Notes: a model not told the origin generated them from the sequence alone. A stretch of 64,000 nucleotides of DNA from Candidatus Yanofskybacteria bacterium (GCA_903897805.1 CAIUCV010000005.1:2384-66383), one strand, 5' to 3'; numbered from the stretch's first letter, positions 12,127-20,090 are shown. A program made the numbers and translations.

Positions 12127-12159
12127 AAAAACGGTCTGATGGCCGTTTTTATTTTTTTC
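12127..12159. terminator. Bidirectional rho-independent terminator (AAAACGG-TCTGATG-GCCGTTTT + T-run)
   Basis: Hairpin flanked by A-run and T-run between convergent genes (small ORF on +, parB on -). Confidence 0.7.
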
Positions 12160-12170
12160 TGGTCTCTGGC

Positions 12171-13049
12171 CTAATCAAGAATCGTTTTAGCGATCGTATT
12201 TAGTTCTTCCAGATTCGCAAACTTAATCACTATACTGCCGCCGCTTGCTCCGCTTTTGATAAAGACGGTCGCGCCGAGGTTTTTAGAAAGATTCTGCTGA
12301 AGCTCCTGAAAACGCGGATTGACTGCCAGGGCAGCCGGTTTTTGGGCCGCGTGGTATTCCTTCGCGGCAACTTCCAGCTCGCGGACGGCAAAATTGCCCG
12401 CCAGTATTTGCTTGAACATTTCGTGCTGTTTCGTCTCGTCCTTAAAAGCAAGCAAAGCCCGGGCATGGGTACGGGCAATTTTGCCGGCTCTTAACGCTTC
12501 TTTGATATCCGCCGGCAAAGTTATAATTCTCACCGCGTTAGCGACCACCTCGCGGCTCTTGGCAACCTTAGCGGCAATTTCTTTCTGAGTAAGATTAAAC
12601 TCGTTGGCTAGTCGGGCATAGGCCTCGGCTTCTTCAACGGGGTTCAAATCTTCCCGCTGAAGGTTTTCCACCAAAGAGACCTCCAGCTTGAGACGGCTTT
12701 CGTCAAAATTATCTTTAACGATGGCCGGCACATGAGGCAGACCGGCGAGTTTCGCCGCCCGCAACCTGCGTTCACCGGCGATCAATTCATACTCTACATT
12801 CAGGCCTTTTTCGGTTTCGGTTTCTATCTTGGAAACCAAGAGCGGCTGAAGAACGCCGTATTTTTTGATTGAAGCGGCAAGTTCTTTCAGGCCATCCTTA
12901 TCAAAATCCCGCCTCGGCTGGTTGGGGTTAGGTTTAATTTTGTTTATCTCAATATAAAAGACGTTGTCCAGAATTTTGGGAACGACCTTTGTTGTTTTCG
13001 CCGGAATCAGGGATTCAAGTCCCCGGCCCAGCCCAAAGAATTTTTTCAT
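12171..13049 (-). CDS. parB: Chromosome partitioning protein ParB
   Basis: ParB box ELIAGERRLRAAKLAGL; HTH. Confidence 0.85.
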   Translation of the reverse strand: MKKFFGLGRGLESLIPAKTTKVVPKILDNVFYIEINKIKPNPNQPRRDFDKDGLKELAASIKKYGVLQPLLVSKIETETEKGLNVEYELIAGERRLRAAKLAGLPHVPAIVKDNFDESRLKLEVSLVENLQREDLNPVEEAEAYARLANEFNLTQKEIAAKVAKSREVVANAVRIITLPADIKEALRAGKIARTHARALLAFKDETKQHEMFKQILAGNFAVRELEVAAKEYHAAQKPAALAVNPRFQELQQNLSKNLGATVFIKSGASGGSIVIKFANLEELNTIAKTILD

Positions 13050-13810
13050 AATATTAATTTTATCACTTCCTCCGCCAATTCTCTATATGCCTCCGCGGCT
13101 TTTGAACTCTCGTCAAATTGCAAAATGGTTTTGCCGAAACTCGGCGCTTCGGCCAGCGACACGGCTCTGGGAATTATGGTATCAAACACCCGGCCGGGGA
13201 AATTCTTCTTAACCTCCGCAACAATTTGGTTCGCCAGTTTATTCCTCTTATCATACATTGTAAGCAACACTCCCAATATTTTCAATTGGGGGTTGAGCGA
13301 ATTGCGGACAAGGTCAATGGTTTTAACCAGCTGGCCCAAACCTTCAAGCGCGTAATACTCGCACTGAACCGGGATTATCACTTCTTCGGCGGCAGCAAGA
13401 CCATTCACGGTAAGGAGCCCCAATGATGGCGGACTGTCAATTAAAATATAGTCGTAGTTGGTCCGTATTTTGTCCAGAGCTTTCTTTAATTTAAATTCCC
13501 TCTCTTCCATACCCACCAGCTCAACCGTCGCTCCGGCCAAATTTTCCGCTGATGGCAGAATGTCAAGCCCAAAGAGAGATGATTTTCTAATAATCGCTCC
13601 CGGTTCGTTGCCGTTTATAAGGAGATGGTATAAATTGAGGTGGTCATCGGCAAGATGCAACCCCAAGCCTGCCGTAGCATTGGCCTGCGGGTCTAAATCA
13701 ACAAGCAAAACATATTTACCCATCGCCGCAAGGTAAGCTCCGAGATTATTGGCGGTCGTGGTTTTTCCCACTCCCCCCTTAGCGTTGATGATACCAATTA
13801 TTCTCGCCAT
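13046..13810 (-). CDS. parA: Chromosome partitioning ATPase ParA/Soj
   Basis: Deviant Walker A NAKGGVGKTT; 4-nt overlap with parB. Confidence 0.9.
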   Translation of the reverse strand: MARIIGIINAKGGVGKTTTANNLGAYLAAMGKYVLLVDLDPQANATAGLGLHLADDHLNLYHLLINGNEPGAIIRKSSLFGLDILPSAENLAGATVELVGMEEREFKLKKALDKIRTNYDYILIDSPPSLGLLTVNGLAAAEEVIIPVQCEYYALEGLGQLVKTIDLVRNSLNPQLKILGVLLTMYDKRNKLANQIVAEVKKNFPGRVFDTIIPRAVSLAEAPSFGKTILQFDESSKAAEAYRELAEEVIKLIL

Positions 13811-13862
13811 ACAGTTTAATTATCATCCTCCGACAGGTTTTTTACAATAGCGGATAGCGGTT

Positions 13863-13977
13863 GACCCCGTTAGAAGTAGCTCTAGCGGGTTCACGAATTA
13901 AAACAGACGCTTAATCAGAGTAATATGGCGACCGTAAGCATGGCTTATGTGCCACTATTACTACTTCTAACGGGGTT
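13863..13977. repeat. 16-bp perfect inverted repeat (ACCCCGTTAGAAGTAG / CTACTTCTAACGGGGT) separated by ~81 nt
   Basis: Seen directly in the parA upstream region, next to tRNA-Leu. Confidence 0.6.
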
Positions 13978-14034
13978 GAAAAAAAGCGGGAATTTTGATA
14001 AAATTAAGTCCCGGGCAGATTCAGTATAAATGGG

Positions 14035-14119
14035 GCCGCTGTGGTGGAATTGGCAGACACGCACGACTCAAAATCGTGTGCCGCAAGGCATGTCGGTTCG
14101 ACTCCGACCAGCGGCACCA
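14035..14119 (+). tRNA. tRNA-Leu (anticodon CAA), type II with long variable arm, CCA encoded
   Basis: Acceptor GCCGCTG/CAGCGGC, anticodon stem CACGA/TCGTG, loop CTCAAAA, T-arm GTCGG-TTCGACT-CCGAC, discriminator A. Confidence 0.8.
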
Positions 14120-14187
14120 TTTGTACTGACGCGCACGACTCTCCCCCTGGGCACCAATAAGAAGATAAATATCTATGGCAAAAACAA

Positions 14188-15465
14188 ATGTTAAAAAATA
14201 AACTTACAAAAAATCTAAATCCGGATGTAACCGTTGAAACTATTGAGAAAGCAAGTAAAAAATTGAAGGAAGTTATTAAAAAAACTCCCCTTCAGTTTTC
14301 CAAAAGACTTTCTAAGTTGTACAAAGCCCACGTGTATCTTAAAAGAGAAGATTTGCAAGAGGTTCGCTCATATAAAATCCGTGGAGCATATAACCTAATG
14401 AGTTCTCTTACCAATTCCGAGAAGGAAAAAGGCGTTGTCTGCGCAAGTGCTGGAAATCATGCTCAAGGTGTAGCATTTAGTGCTTCGGCTTTGAAAGTTC
14501 GTGCAGTTATTTTTATGCCAGTAACTACGCCGTTGCAAAAAGTTAACAGGGTTAAAGAGTTTGGCGGAAGATGGGTAAAAATAGAGTTGGTAGGAGCAAT
14601 TTATGATGAAAGCTCCACCGCCGCTAAAAACTTTTGTAGAAAAGTTGGGGCTGTTTTTGTCCACCCATTTGATGATGAAAGAGTAATCTCCGGACAAGGG
14701 ACGGTCGGTAAGGAAATTTTTGATCAAGCGGAAGGAAAATTAGACTATATACTTTGTCCAGTTGGAGGCGGAGGGCTAATATCCGGAGTAGGTACATACC
14801 TTAAAACAAAATTAAAGAATGTAAAACTTGTCGGAATTGAACCAAAAGGAGCGGCGGGAATGTATCGTTCCTTAAAAAATGGCAAGGTTACTGCTCTTGA
14901 AAATATAGATCCATTCGTAGATGGCGCGGCTGTTAGAACAGTAGGAACTAAAACTTTTAAAATCTCCTCAAAACTTGTTGACCAAATGGTATTAGCAGAT
15001 GAGGGAAAAGTTTGTACTACTATGGTTGATCTATACCAGAATGAAGGCATTGTAACAGAACCAGCCGGAGCGCTTTCTATCACTGCTTTAGAAGAGCTAT
15101 CGGAAAAAATTAAGGGCAAAACAGTAGTTTGTATTTTGAGTGGAGGAAATAACGACATTTTACGCTATCCGGAGATTATGGAAAAAAGTTTGGTCTACCA
15201 GGGACGCAAACACTACTTTATTGTGGAGTTTGCCCAAAAACCCGGGCAACTTAAAAAGTTCGTTAACAGCGCGCTTGGCCCAACTGATGATATAGTCCGT
15301 TTTGAATACATAAAGAAAAACTCCAAAGAAATGGGACCAGCTTTGGTTGGAATTGAGTTGACTAAAAAAGAAGATTTTCAACCTCTCCTCAGCAGAATGG
15401 ATAAACTTGGAATAAGATATACAGTTCTTACAAGTAGGGATATTTTGTATAGTTACTTGATATAA
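14188..15465 (+). CDS. ilvA: Threonine dehydratase (PLP-dependent, with C-terminal regulatory domain)
   Basis: SYKIRGAYN PLP-lysine motif, glycine-rich GGGGLISG loop, ~90-aa C-terminal ACT-like extension. Confidence 0.8.
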   Translation: MLKNKLTKNLNPDVTVETIEKASKKLKEVIKKTPLQFSKRLSKLYKAHVYLKREDLQEVRSYKIRGAYNLMSSLTNSEKEKGVVCASAGNHAQGVAFSASALKVRAVIFMPVTTPLQKVNRVKEFGGRWVKIELVGAIYDESSTAAKNFCRKVGAVFVHPFDDERVISGQGTVGKEIFDQAEGKLDYILCPVGGGGLISGVGTYLKTKLKNVKLVGIEPKGAAGMYRSLKNGKVTALENIDPFVDGAAVRTVGTKTFKISSKLVDQMVLADEGKVCTTMVDLYQNEGIVTEPAGALSITALEELSEKIKGKTVVCILSGGNNDILRYPEIMEKSLVYQGRKHYFIVEFAQKPGQLKKFVNSALGPTDDIVRFEYIKKNSKEMGPALVGIELTKKEDFQPLLSRMDKLGIRYTVLTSRDILYSYLI

Positions 15466-15532
15466 AATTTCTTCTTTTCGCGTGGCGAAAACGGTTCGCG
15501 CTATTTCAAGAATAGAGCATCATCCATAAAAG

Positions 15533-15560
15533 CGGCCCCGCCGTGGCGGGACTGTTTTTT
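15533..15560 (+). terminator. Rho-independent terminator after ilvA (CCCGCC-GT-GGCGGG + T6)
   Basis: GC hairpin followed by TTTTTT. Confidence 0.6.
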
Positions 15561-15568
15561 GCCTGACG

Positions 15569-15597
15569 TTGACATACCGAGCAGGATTTGCTAGAAA
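15569..15597 (+). promoter_or_regulatory. Sigma70-like promoter (TTGACA-17-TAGAAA) for the zinc-ribbon membrane protein gene
   Basis: Consensus -35, 17-nt spacer, AGGAGGAGG RBS downstream. Confidence 0.4.
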
Positions 15598-15641
15598 GGG
15601 AGTAGTTCTTTCAAGTCGACCAAGCCGAAGGAGGAGGAAAA

Positions 15642-15992
15642 ATGAAGAACCTGAAAAGCTTCGCGGAAAGACACATTCTTACAATAGCCTTCCTGGGGGC
15701 ATCTATTTTAGGGCTGGCAGGCAGCATTCTCTCCACCTTGTTTAATTACTTTTGGCTCCTTGCGGCGATTTTCCTTGCAGTTCTACTCTATTTTTCATTG
15801 TTTTACCGCTCTATGAATACCGATTGGACTTGCTCAAAATGCGGAGCAGATGAAATTATTGGGAGACACAAGTTTTGTTCGACATGCGGCGGCATTATGC
15901 ACACCGTAAAAAAGAAGAAAATATCCTGCCCTCGCGGCCACAGAGCAAGCAAGTATGATACATTCTGCCACAAATGCGGGGTTCGTATTTAA
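15642..15992 (+). CDS. Membrane protein with C-terminal zinc-ribbon (2 TM + CxxC...CxxC...CPRGH...CHKC)
   Basis: Strong RBS; two hydrophobic helices then two Cys pairs. Confidence 0.5.
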   Translation: MKNLKSFAERHILTIAFLGASILGLAGSILSTLFNYFWLLAAIFLAVLLYFSLFYRSMNTDWTCSKCGADEIIGRHKFCSTCGGIMHTVKKKKISCPRGHRASKYDTFCHKCGVRI

Positions 15993-16056
15993 CGGTTAAC
16001 AAGCCGTTTTCTTTTTTGACTAAAAACAAAACCCCGCTTGGGCGGGGATTATTTTA
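15991..16056. terminator. Two consecutive terminator hairpins (AACGG-n8-CCGTT + T-run; CCCCGC-TTGG-GCGGGG flanked by A/T runs, bidirectional)
   Basis: Between convergent genes (zinc-ribbon gene on +, L,D-transpeptidase on -). Confidence 0.65.
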
Positions 16057-16840
16057 TTTCAATAAGAGCGTCGGGCAGACCATCGGGATACATACGCGGC
16101 TTGTCGTTGTCTCCCCCATCGGGGAAAAGCCAAAGATAAAGTTTTTTTGAATCAAGCAGCTGCGGATTCTTCGGATAGCCATAAAACTTTTGCTGCATTC
16201 CCTCGTCGTAAAGACCGATACATCCGTGAGATGCCGGATAACCGGGCATGTCGCGGCTATGAATCCAGAATGAGACTCCTCTTTTTGATTCGTGAAATTT
16301 TATACCCCAATACATCGGATAAGGAATGCTAGTCCCTTGGATCTTATAAAGCGTTGAACGGGCCCAGCGGTCGCGCCCCAGGACTTTGAATATCCCGGCC
16401 GGGGTGGAATTCCCCCTGCCCGAAGCGACAGGAAAAGAAAATTTCAGCTCCCCGAATTCATACGCCCCGAGAAATTGCTCCGACCGGTCAAGCAATATAT
16501 AGCGGCGATAATTTTTCGCCTGCTCAAGCTTTTGCGGCATCGGCGTGAAATTAACGACATCTTTAAAATTAACGGGAATTTTAATGTATGCTCCCTGCAA
16601 GGCGTGCATCCTGTCTATGCGATTAAAGCGCAAAGCTGGTTCCAGGTACGGACCAAGCAGGTCCTCCAGCGCTTTTTCACTTTTCACCCCGTAACAATAC
16701 CAGTCAATCCGGCTGTCGCTTGGAAAACTTACCTGACAGCGGCTTTTTGGAACTGCAGGCGGTGCTTGTTTTTGCGCCCACAATTGGTTCCCCGTGAAAA
16801 CGAACAAAAAAAGAACAAAAAGATAGACTTTGTTCAACAT
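16049..16840 (-). CDS. L,D-transpeptidase (YkuD domain), secreted
   Basis: Signal peptide; catalytic HGC motif in ...SHGCIGLYDEG. Confidence 0.75.
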   Translation of the reverse strand: MLNKVYLFVLFLFVFTGNQLWAQKQAPPAVPKSRCQVSFPSDSRIDWYCYGVKSEKALEDLLGPYLEPALRFNRIDRMHALQGAYIKIPVNFKDVVNFTPMPQKLEQAKNYRRYILLDRSEQFLGAYEFGELKFSFPVASGRGNSTPAGIFKVLGRDRWARSTLYKIQGTSIPYPMYWGIKFHESKRGVSFWIHSRDMPGYPASHGCIGLYDEGMQQKFYGYPKNPQLLDSKKLYLWLFPDGGDNDKPRMYPDGLPDALIEIK

Positions 16841-17011
16841 GGGTCTTATTCTCCTGTAAAAGAACAGTTATTTCTAAGTATAATTATGCGGTTCCAAAAT
16901 TGCACGGTCAATTCTTTACTAATCACCAAAAAAATGAGATAATTTACCCTGTCAAATAACTCTTTTAGAGTTCCCGCCTTAGCGGGATTTGACAGGGTAA
17001 ACTCAAATATT

Positions 17012-17098
17012 GGTGGGGTGCGAGAGTGGTTGAATCGGCCGCACTCGAAATGCGGTAAGGGCGCAAGCTCTTCGTGGGTTCGAATCCCACCCCCACCG
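17012..17098 (+). tRNA. tRNA-Ser (anticodon CGA), long variable arm; CCA not encoded
   Basis: Acceptor GGTGGGG/CCCCACC, anticodon stem CCGCA/TGCGG with loop CTCGAAA, T-arm GTGGG-TTCGAAT-CCCAC, discriminator G. Confidence 0.75.
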
Positions 17099-17141
17099 CA
17101 ATGACAATTTTTTACACCTTTTGATGTTAAAAATTGGCATC

Positions 17142-17159
17142 GCAGTGGTGGGATTCGAA
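17142..17159. repeat. Inverted partial copy of the tRNA-Ser 3' end (GCAGTGGTGGGATTCGAA vs TTCGAATCCCACCCCCACCGC) 44 nt downstream of the tRNA
   Basis: Seen directly; could pair with the tRNA T-arm/acceptor region to form a long hairpin. Confidence 0.5.
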
Positions 17160-17257
17160 GGGTATCCGAGAGAGTGAATTGCTTCACTACGCTGGCCATA
17201 AAACAGCTTGAAAATGGCCCGTCCTGAGGCTATCGAAAGGCTGTTTTTTGTTGGGCT

Positions 17258-17292
17258 TGACTTTAGCTAGGTTATTATGATATAATTAAATC
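17258..17292 (+). promoter_or_regulatory. Sigma70-like promoter TTGACT-18-TATAAT
   Basis: Consensus hexamers ~40 nt upstream of the 17334 start; RBS AAGGAGAAGG. Confidence 0.5.
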
Positions 17293-17333
17293 ATCGTGGA
17301 AACCCCGCGACAAGGAGAAAGAAGGAGAAGGTC

Positions 17334-17735
17334 ATGACTCTCATTACTGTCGTTGTTGCATTAGTCGCCCTCGTTGTGGGGGCGATTCCGGGGGTGCGAG
17401 TATTTGCCCCCAAACTTGAGCCTCCGCAACCGCCTCCGCCGGCCGAGCCCAAACACTTCGGGCTATGGTCGGTCGAAGCCGTGAGAAGCGAGCTTGGCGG
17501 GCTTTCACCCACCGACGGGAAAGTAATTCGCATTGCGGTTGCTGTCGCCGGCATGGAATGGACTCTGCCGGATGACGTGGCCAATGCCCGCACAACTCTA
17601 GCCCAGTGTATCGCCGAGAGGAAAGGCGACATCAAAGACCTGGAAGTCGAGATTGGCGAGGCAAGGGCTCAGATTCAAGTCGCCGAGACCCGCGACGCAG
17701 AAGTCGCCGCGGTAGCCGCCGCCTTCGGCTTGTAG
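17334..17735 (+). CDS. Hypothetical protein with N-terminal TM helix, encoded in a GC-rich (~65%) segment
   Basis: Strong RBS plus promoter plus downstream terminator. Composition is sharply different from the flanking DNA. Antisense ORFs in the same span lack signals. Confidence 0.45.
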   Translation: MTLITVVVALVALVVGAIPGVRVFAPKLEPPQPPPPAEPKHFGLWSVEAVRSELGGLSPTDGKVIRIAVAVAGMEWTLPDDVANARTTLAQCIAERKGDIKDLEVEIGEARAQIQVAETRDAEVAAVAAAFGL

Positions 17736-17878
17736 GCACCCCGTCCCGGCCAAACATAACCGCCTCTTCGCTGAGGTTGCCCGAGAATTTTCCCAGGGCG
17801 TAATAACAAGGGGAACCAGTTCTTTGTCTATCCGTTTATCTGTAAAATAAATGGTGAGCCTAGAGGGAGCAGAACCTC

Positions 17879-17906
17879 AGACGGTCGAAAGGCCGTCTCT
17901 TTTTTT
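17879..17906 (+). terminator. Rho-independent terminator (AGACGG-n8-CCGTCT + T7)
   Basis: Seen directly downstream of the GC-rich gene. Confidence 0.65.
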
Positions 17907-18009
17907 ATGAATTTACATTGCAAACAAAGCGCAAAATTGTTTATAATGATCTTGGGAACGAGCGAAACGGCAGATTTCTTTAGTTAGAGAGAATCTTTTT
18001 TCGTGTGAT

Positions 18010-18210
18010 TTGGTACCAGGACTTTTTATGGCGGTAGTGCAGCTTATGGACTGGGTATTCAAGATGCACATGATAGAGAACCCGTATATTATTTCTGACT
18101 TCGGGCTTGGCACCGCGATAGGTCTTGTGATTATGACGTTCGTCGTGGGATATGTCTTTGGATGGGTATTTGCGGCGCTTTGGAATAATTTAAGAAAATC
18201 AAGCCAATAA
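18010..18210 (+). CDS. Small membrane protein (66 aa), TTG/ATG start
   Basis: Extended -10 promoter (TGTTTATAATG) upstream; one TM helix. Weak evidence. Confidence 0.3.
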   Translation: MVPGLFMAVVQLMDWVFKMHMIENPYIISDFGLGTAIGLVIMTFVVGYVFGWVFAALWNNLRKSSQ

Positions 18211-18254
18211 GCGCAATCAGAGTTGAAAATAAGTTTTTAACCCGCGGAAAAGAC

Positions 18255-18344
18255 GGTGGGGTGCTCGAGTGGTTTAAGAGGACAGTCTTGAAAACTGTTG
18301 TACGGGAAACCGTACCGTGAGTTCGAATCTCACCCCCACCGCCA
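18255..18344 (+). tRNA. tRNA-Ser (anticodon TGA), long variable arm, CCA encoded
   Basis: Acceptor GGTGGGG/CCCCACC, anticodon stem ACAGT/ACTGT with loop CTTGAAA, T-arm GTGAG-TTCGAAT-CTCAC. Confidence 0.75.
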
Positions 18345-18359
18345 ATAAAATTTATTAAC

Positions 18360-19016
18360 TTGGCAAGAATAATTGATCTCAAAAATAGGAAACCCCAGAT
18401 GCAGGAGCCCGTCCGACAGGCTCAGGGTGAACCTGCTCCTCAAAACATATTGGCAAAACCGCAAGTTGAAGCGGCGGGAATTAGGCCGCATCAATTTACC
18501 AGACCCATGCCGCAAGAAAGCCCTCCCCCGCCCCAAGTGACGCCTGGGCCCAAGACGCAAGTACTTAGCTGGTCGGGGCCGCTTTATATCCACCGGCCGG
18601 ATATGAAAATTATTGCGGTCGTTTCACTGGCGCTTTTTGCCATTGCGGCGCTGATGCAGATATTCCAGAAAAATATCATCACCACAATTTTTTTCAGCCT
18701 GCTGGGAGTGGTGATTTTAATCAGGGCGAGTAAAAAACCGGAAGTCGTGGATTTTGAGATTAATCCGCTTGGGGTCAAGGTCGGGGAACAGCTTTACGGG
18801 TTTCGCGAGATTAAATCTTTTTGGATAGAATACGATCCAGCGCTTGATATAAAGGAACTAAGCTTGCAGTTGAAAAAGTGGTATCATACCTATGTTAAAA
18901 TCCCGATTTACGATCAAAATCCTGTACAATTGCGTTTAATTTTGTTAGCATTTTTACCCGAGGCAGAGCACGAAGATACCTTAGCAGACACAGTATCCAG
19001 AAGATTGGGGTTATAA
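18360..19016 (+). CDS. Hypothetical membrane protein (Pro/Gln-rich N-terminus, 2 TM); true start may be internal
   Basis: The ORF begins 16 nt after the tRNA. Hydrophobic helices at residues ~95-135. Confidence 0.4.
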   Translation: MARIIDLKNRKPQMQEPVRQAQGEPAPQNILAKPQVEAAGIRPHQFTRPMPQESPPPPQVTPGPKTQVLSWSGPLYIHRPDMKIIAVVSLALFAIAALMQIFQKNIITTIFFSLLGVVILIRASKKPEVVDFEINPLGVKVGEQLYGFREIKSFWIEYDPALDIKELSLQLKKWYHTYVKIPIYDQNPVQLRLILLAFLPEAEHEDTLADTVSRRLGL

Positions 19017-19037
19017 AATCTGACGAGCCATGAATTT

Positions 19038-19109
19038 GTCCCCATAGCTCAGCGGAAGAGCGTCTCCCTCCGGAGGAGAAGGTCGGAGGTTCAAATCCTC
19101 CTGGGGATA
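19038..19109 (+). tRNA. tRNA-Arg (anticodon CCG)
   Basis: Acceptor GTCCCCA/TGGGGAT (G1-U72), anticodon stem TCTCC/GGAGA with loop CTCCGGA, T-arm GGAGG-TTCAAAT-CCTCC, discriminator A. Confidence 0.75.
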
Positions 19110-19142
19110 CAAAATATTACCGGAGTGCTCAAACTGCTTTAA

Positions 19143-19270
19143 GTACGTGAGGATTTGAACGCCGGAGCGATGTTCGGCGAGCAGTTGGCGAGCCGAACCA
19201 CGAGGCGATGGCTAGGCCGAGGAGGCGGAAGCCGACGAGAGCCGAAGCCAAATCCTCCTGGGGATACAAA
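19143..19270 (+). repeat. Structured repeat element A (~125 nt) following tRNA-Arg(CCG): the 5' end is the inverted complement of the tRNA T-arm and the 3' end is a direct 25-nt copy of the tRNA 3' end
   Basis: GTGAGGATTTGAAC pairs with GTTCAAATCCTC of the tRNA. AAATCCTCCTGGGGATACAAAATAT is duplicated at 19251..19275. Internal hairpins are present. It is homologous to element B. Confidence 0.6.
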
Positions 19271-19276
19271 ATATCA

Positions 19277-19348
19277 CCCCTTGTAGTTCAACGGACAGAA
19301 CGCGAGATTGCGGATCTCGTAATAGAGGTTCGATTCCTCTCAAGGGGA
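19277..19348 (+). tRNA. tRNA-Arg (anticodon GCG as read from the sequence)
   Basis: Acceptor CCCCTTG/CAAGGGG, D-arm GTTC..GAAC with GG, anticodon stem CGAGA/TCTCG with loop TTGCGGA, T-arm AGAGG-TTCGATT-CCTCT, discriminator A. Confidence 0.7.
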
Positions 19349-19385
19349 CACGAATGAAATGGGTGGGCGCTTGAAGCAAGCCAAT

Positions 19386-19512
19386 TGTTTGGCTTGTGTG
19401 AGGAATCGAACGCCGGAGCATGTGATTTTCCGCGTTCGGCGGAAAATCACGCGAGGCGGTGGCTAGGCCGAGCGGGCGGAAGCCCGCGAGAGCCAAAGCC
19501 GAATTCTCGAGG
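19386..19512 (+). repeat. Structured repeat element B (~125 nt) following tRNA-Arg(GCG), paralogous to element A
   Basis: GTGAGGAATCGAAC is the inverted complement of the tRNA T-arm TTCGATTCCTC. It contains a perfect 12-bp hairpin GTGATTTTCCGC-gttcg-GCGGAAAATCAC and a GCGGGC-GGAA-GCCCGC tetraloop hairpin. The 3' end GAATTCTCGAGGGGATA resembles the tRNA 3' end. Confidence 0.6.
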
Positions 19513-19549
19513 GGATAACCAACTAAAATACCCGCCAGCGGCGGGTATT
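19509..19549. repeat. Perfect 19-bp stem hairpin (ACCAACTAAAATACCCGCC-agc-GGCGGGTATTTTAGTTGGT)
   Basis: Seen directly at the end of element B; no T-run on either strand. Confidence 0.6.
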
Positions 19550-19715
19550 TTAGTTGGTTGATGTCCTTGACAAGCTTTTGTGCCGGGGGTATAGAGAAAG
19601 TGGCTAGTGGAATAAAGTTTCTAGAAGCCTTGAAACTTTACATTAGTACCTTGACAATTAAAGTGGGCCCCATAAAGGCGCCCTCGGCACCCAACTAACC
19701 AAAAGGAGGGAGATC

Positions 19716-20087
19716 ATGTCAGTCAGAAAAGATCGGATGAAAATTCTGTACTTGCTGGTCGCTGTTCTTCTAGGCAGCAGCTTGGTATTTGGACAGGAAT
19801 CAAACAAAACAATGCCGCGGATCGTCTCAGTTGAGCCCGCCAGCGGCCAGGTCGGAGCTGAACTGACCGCATCTGGGGAGAACCTCAACCAGGATAATGT
19901 GGCTGAACTTCGCCTGACGGACGGCACCAACGACTTCAAGGTGCCGATTACCAATCAGACAGCTACGGCCATAAAGTTCAAGATTCCGAACGAGATCAAA
20001 CCCGGCCGGTACGGCTTGGTAACCTTCAGCAAGAGGACCCCTCGATCTCTCGAAGTTGAGCAACCTGTGAAGATTACGGTTGAATAG
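19716..20087 (+). CDS. Secreted IPT/TIG (Ig-like) domain protein
   Basis: RBS AAAAGGAGGGAGATC-ATG; signal peptide; PRIVSVEPASGQVG...TASGENL pattern typical of IPT/TIG. Confidence 0.55.
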   Translation: MSVRKDRMKILYLLVAVLLGSSLVFGQESNKTMPRIVSVEPASGQVGAELTASGENLNQDNVAELRLTDGTNDFKVPITNQTATAIKFKIPNEIKPGRYGLVTFSKRTPRSLEVEQPVKITVE

Positions 20088-20090
20088 CAA

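Noticed and set aside
12171-13810. Search for a canonical parS palindrome (TGTTTCACGTGAAACA) near parAB
   Set aside because: The only CACGTG in the vicinity lies inside ilvA without flanking parS half-sites; no parS called.
16846-17199. 117-aa minus-strand ORF
   Set aside because: It overlaps the tRNA-Ser(CGA) gene and its downstream inverted repeat; spurious.
18131-18593. Minus-strand ORFs 18131..18382 and 18330..18593
   Set aside because: They overlap tRNA-Ser(TGA) and the 5' end of the following plus-strand gene; no RBS.
19143-19512. Possibility that the repeat elements A/B are minus-strand tRNA genes or tmRNA pieces (they contain GGATTTGAACGCC, which looks like a reversed T-loop)
   Set aside because: Reverse-complement reading gives no complementary T-stem, acceptor stem or anticodon arm. 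Each ORF-like stretch (for example 19212..19496) lacks signals. They are kept as structured repeats instead.
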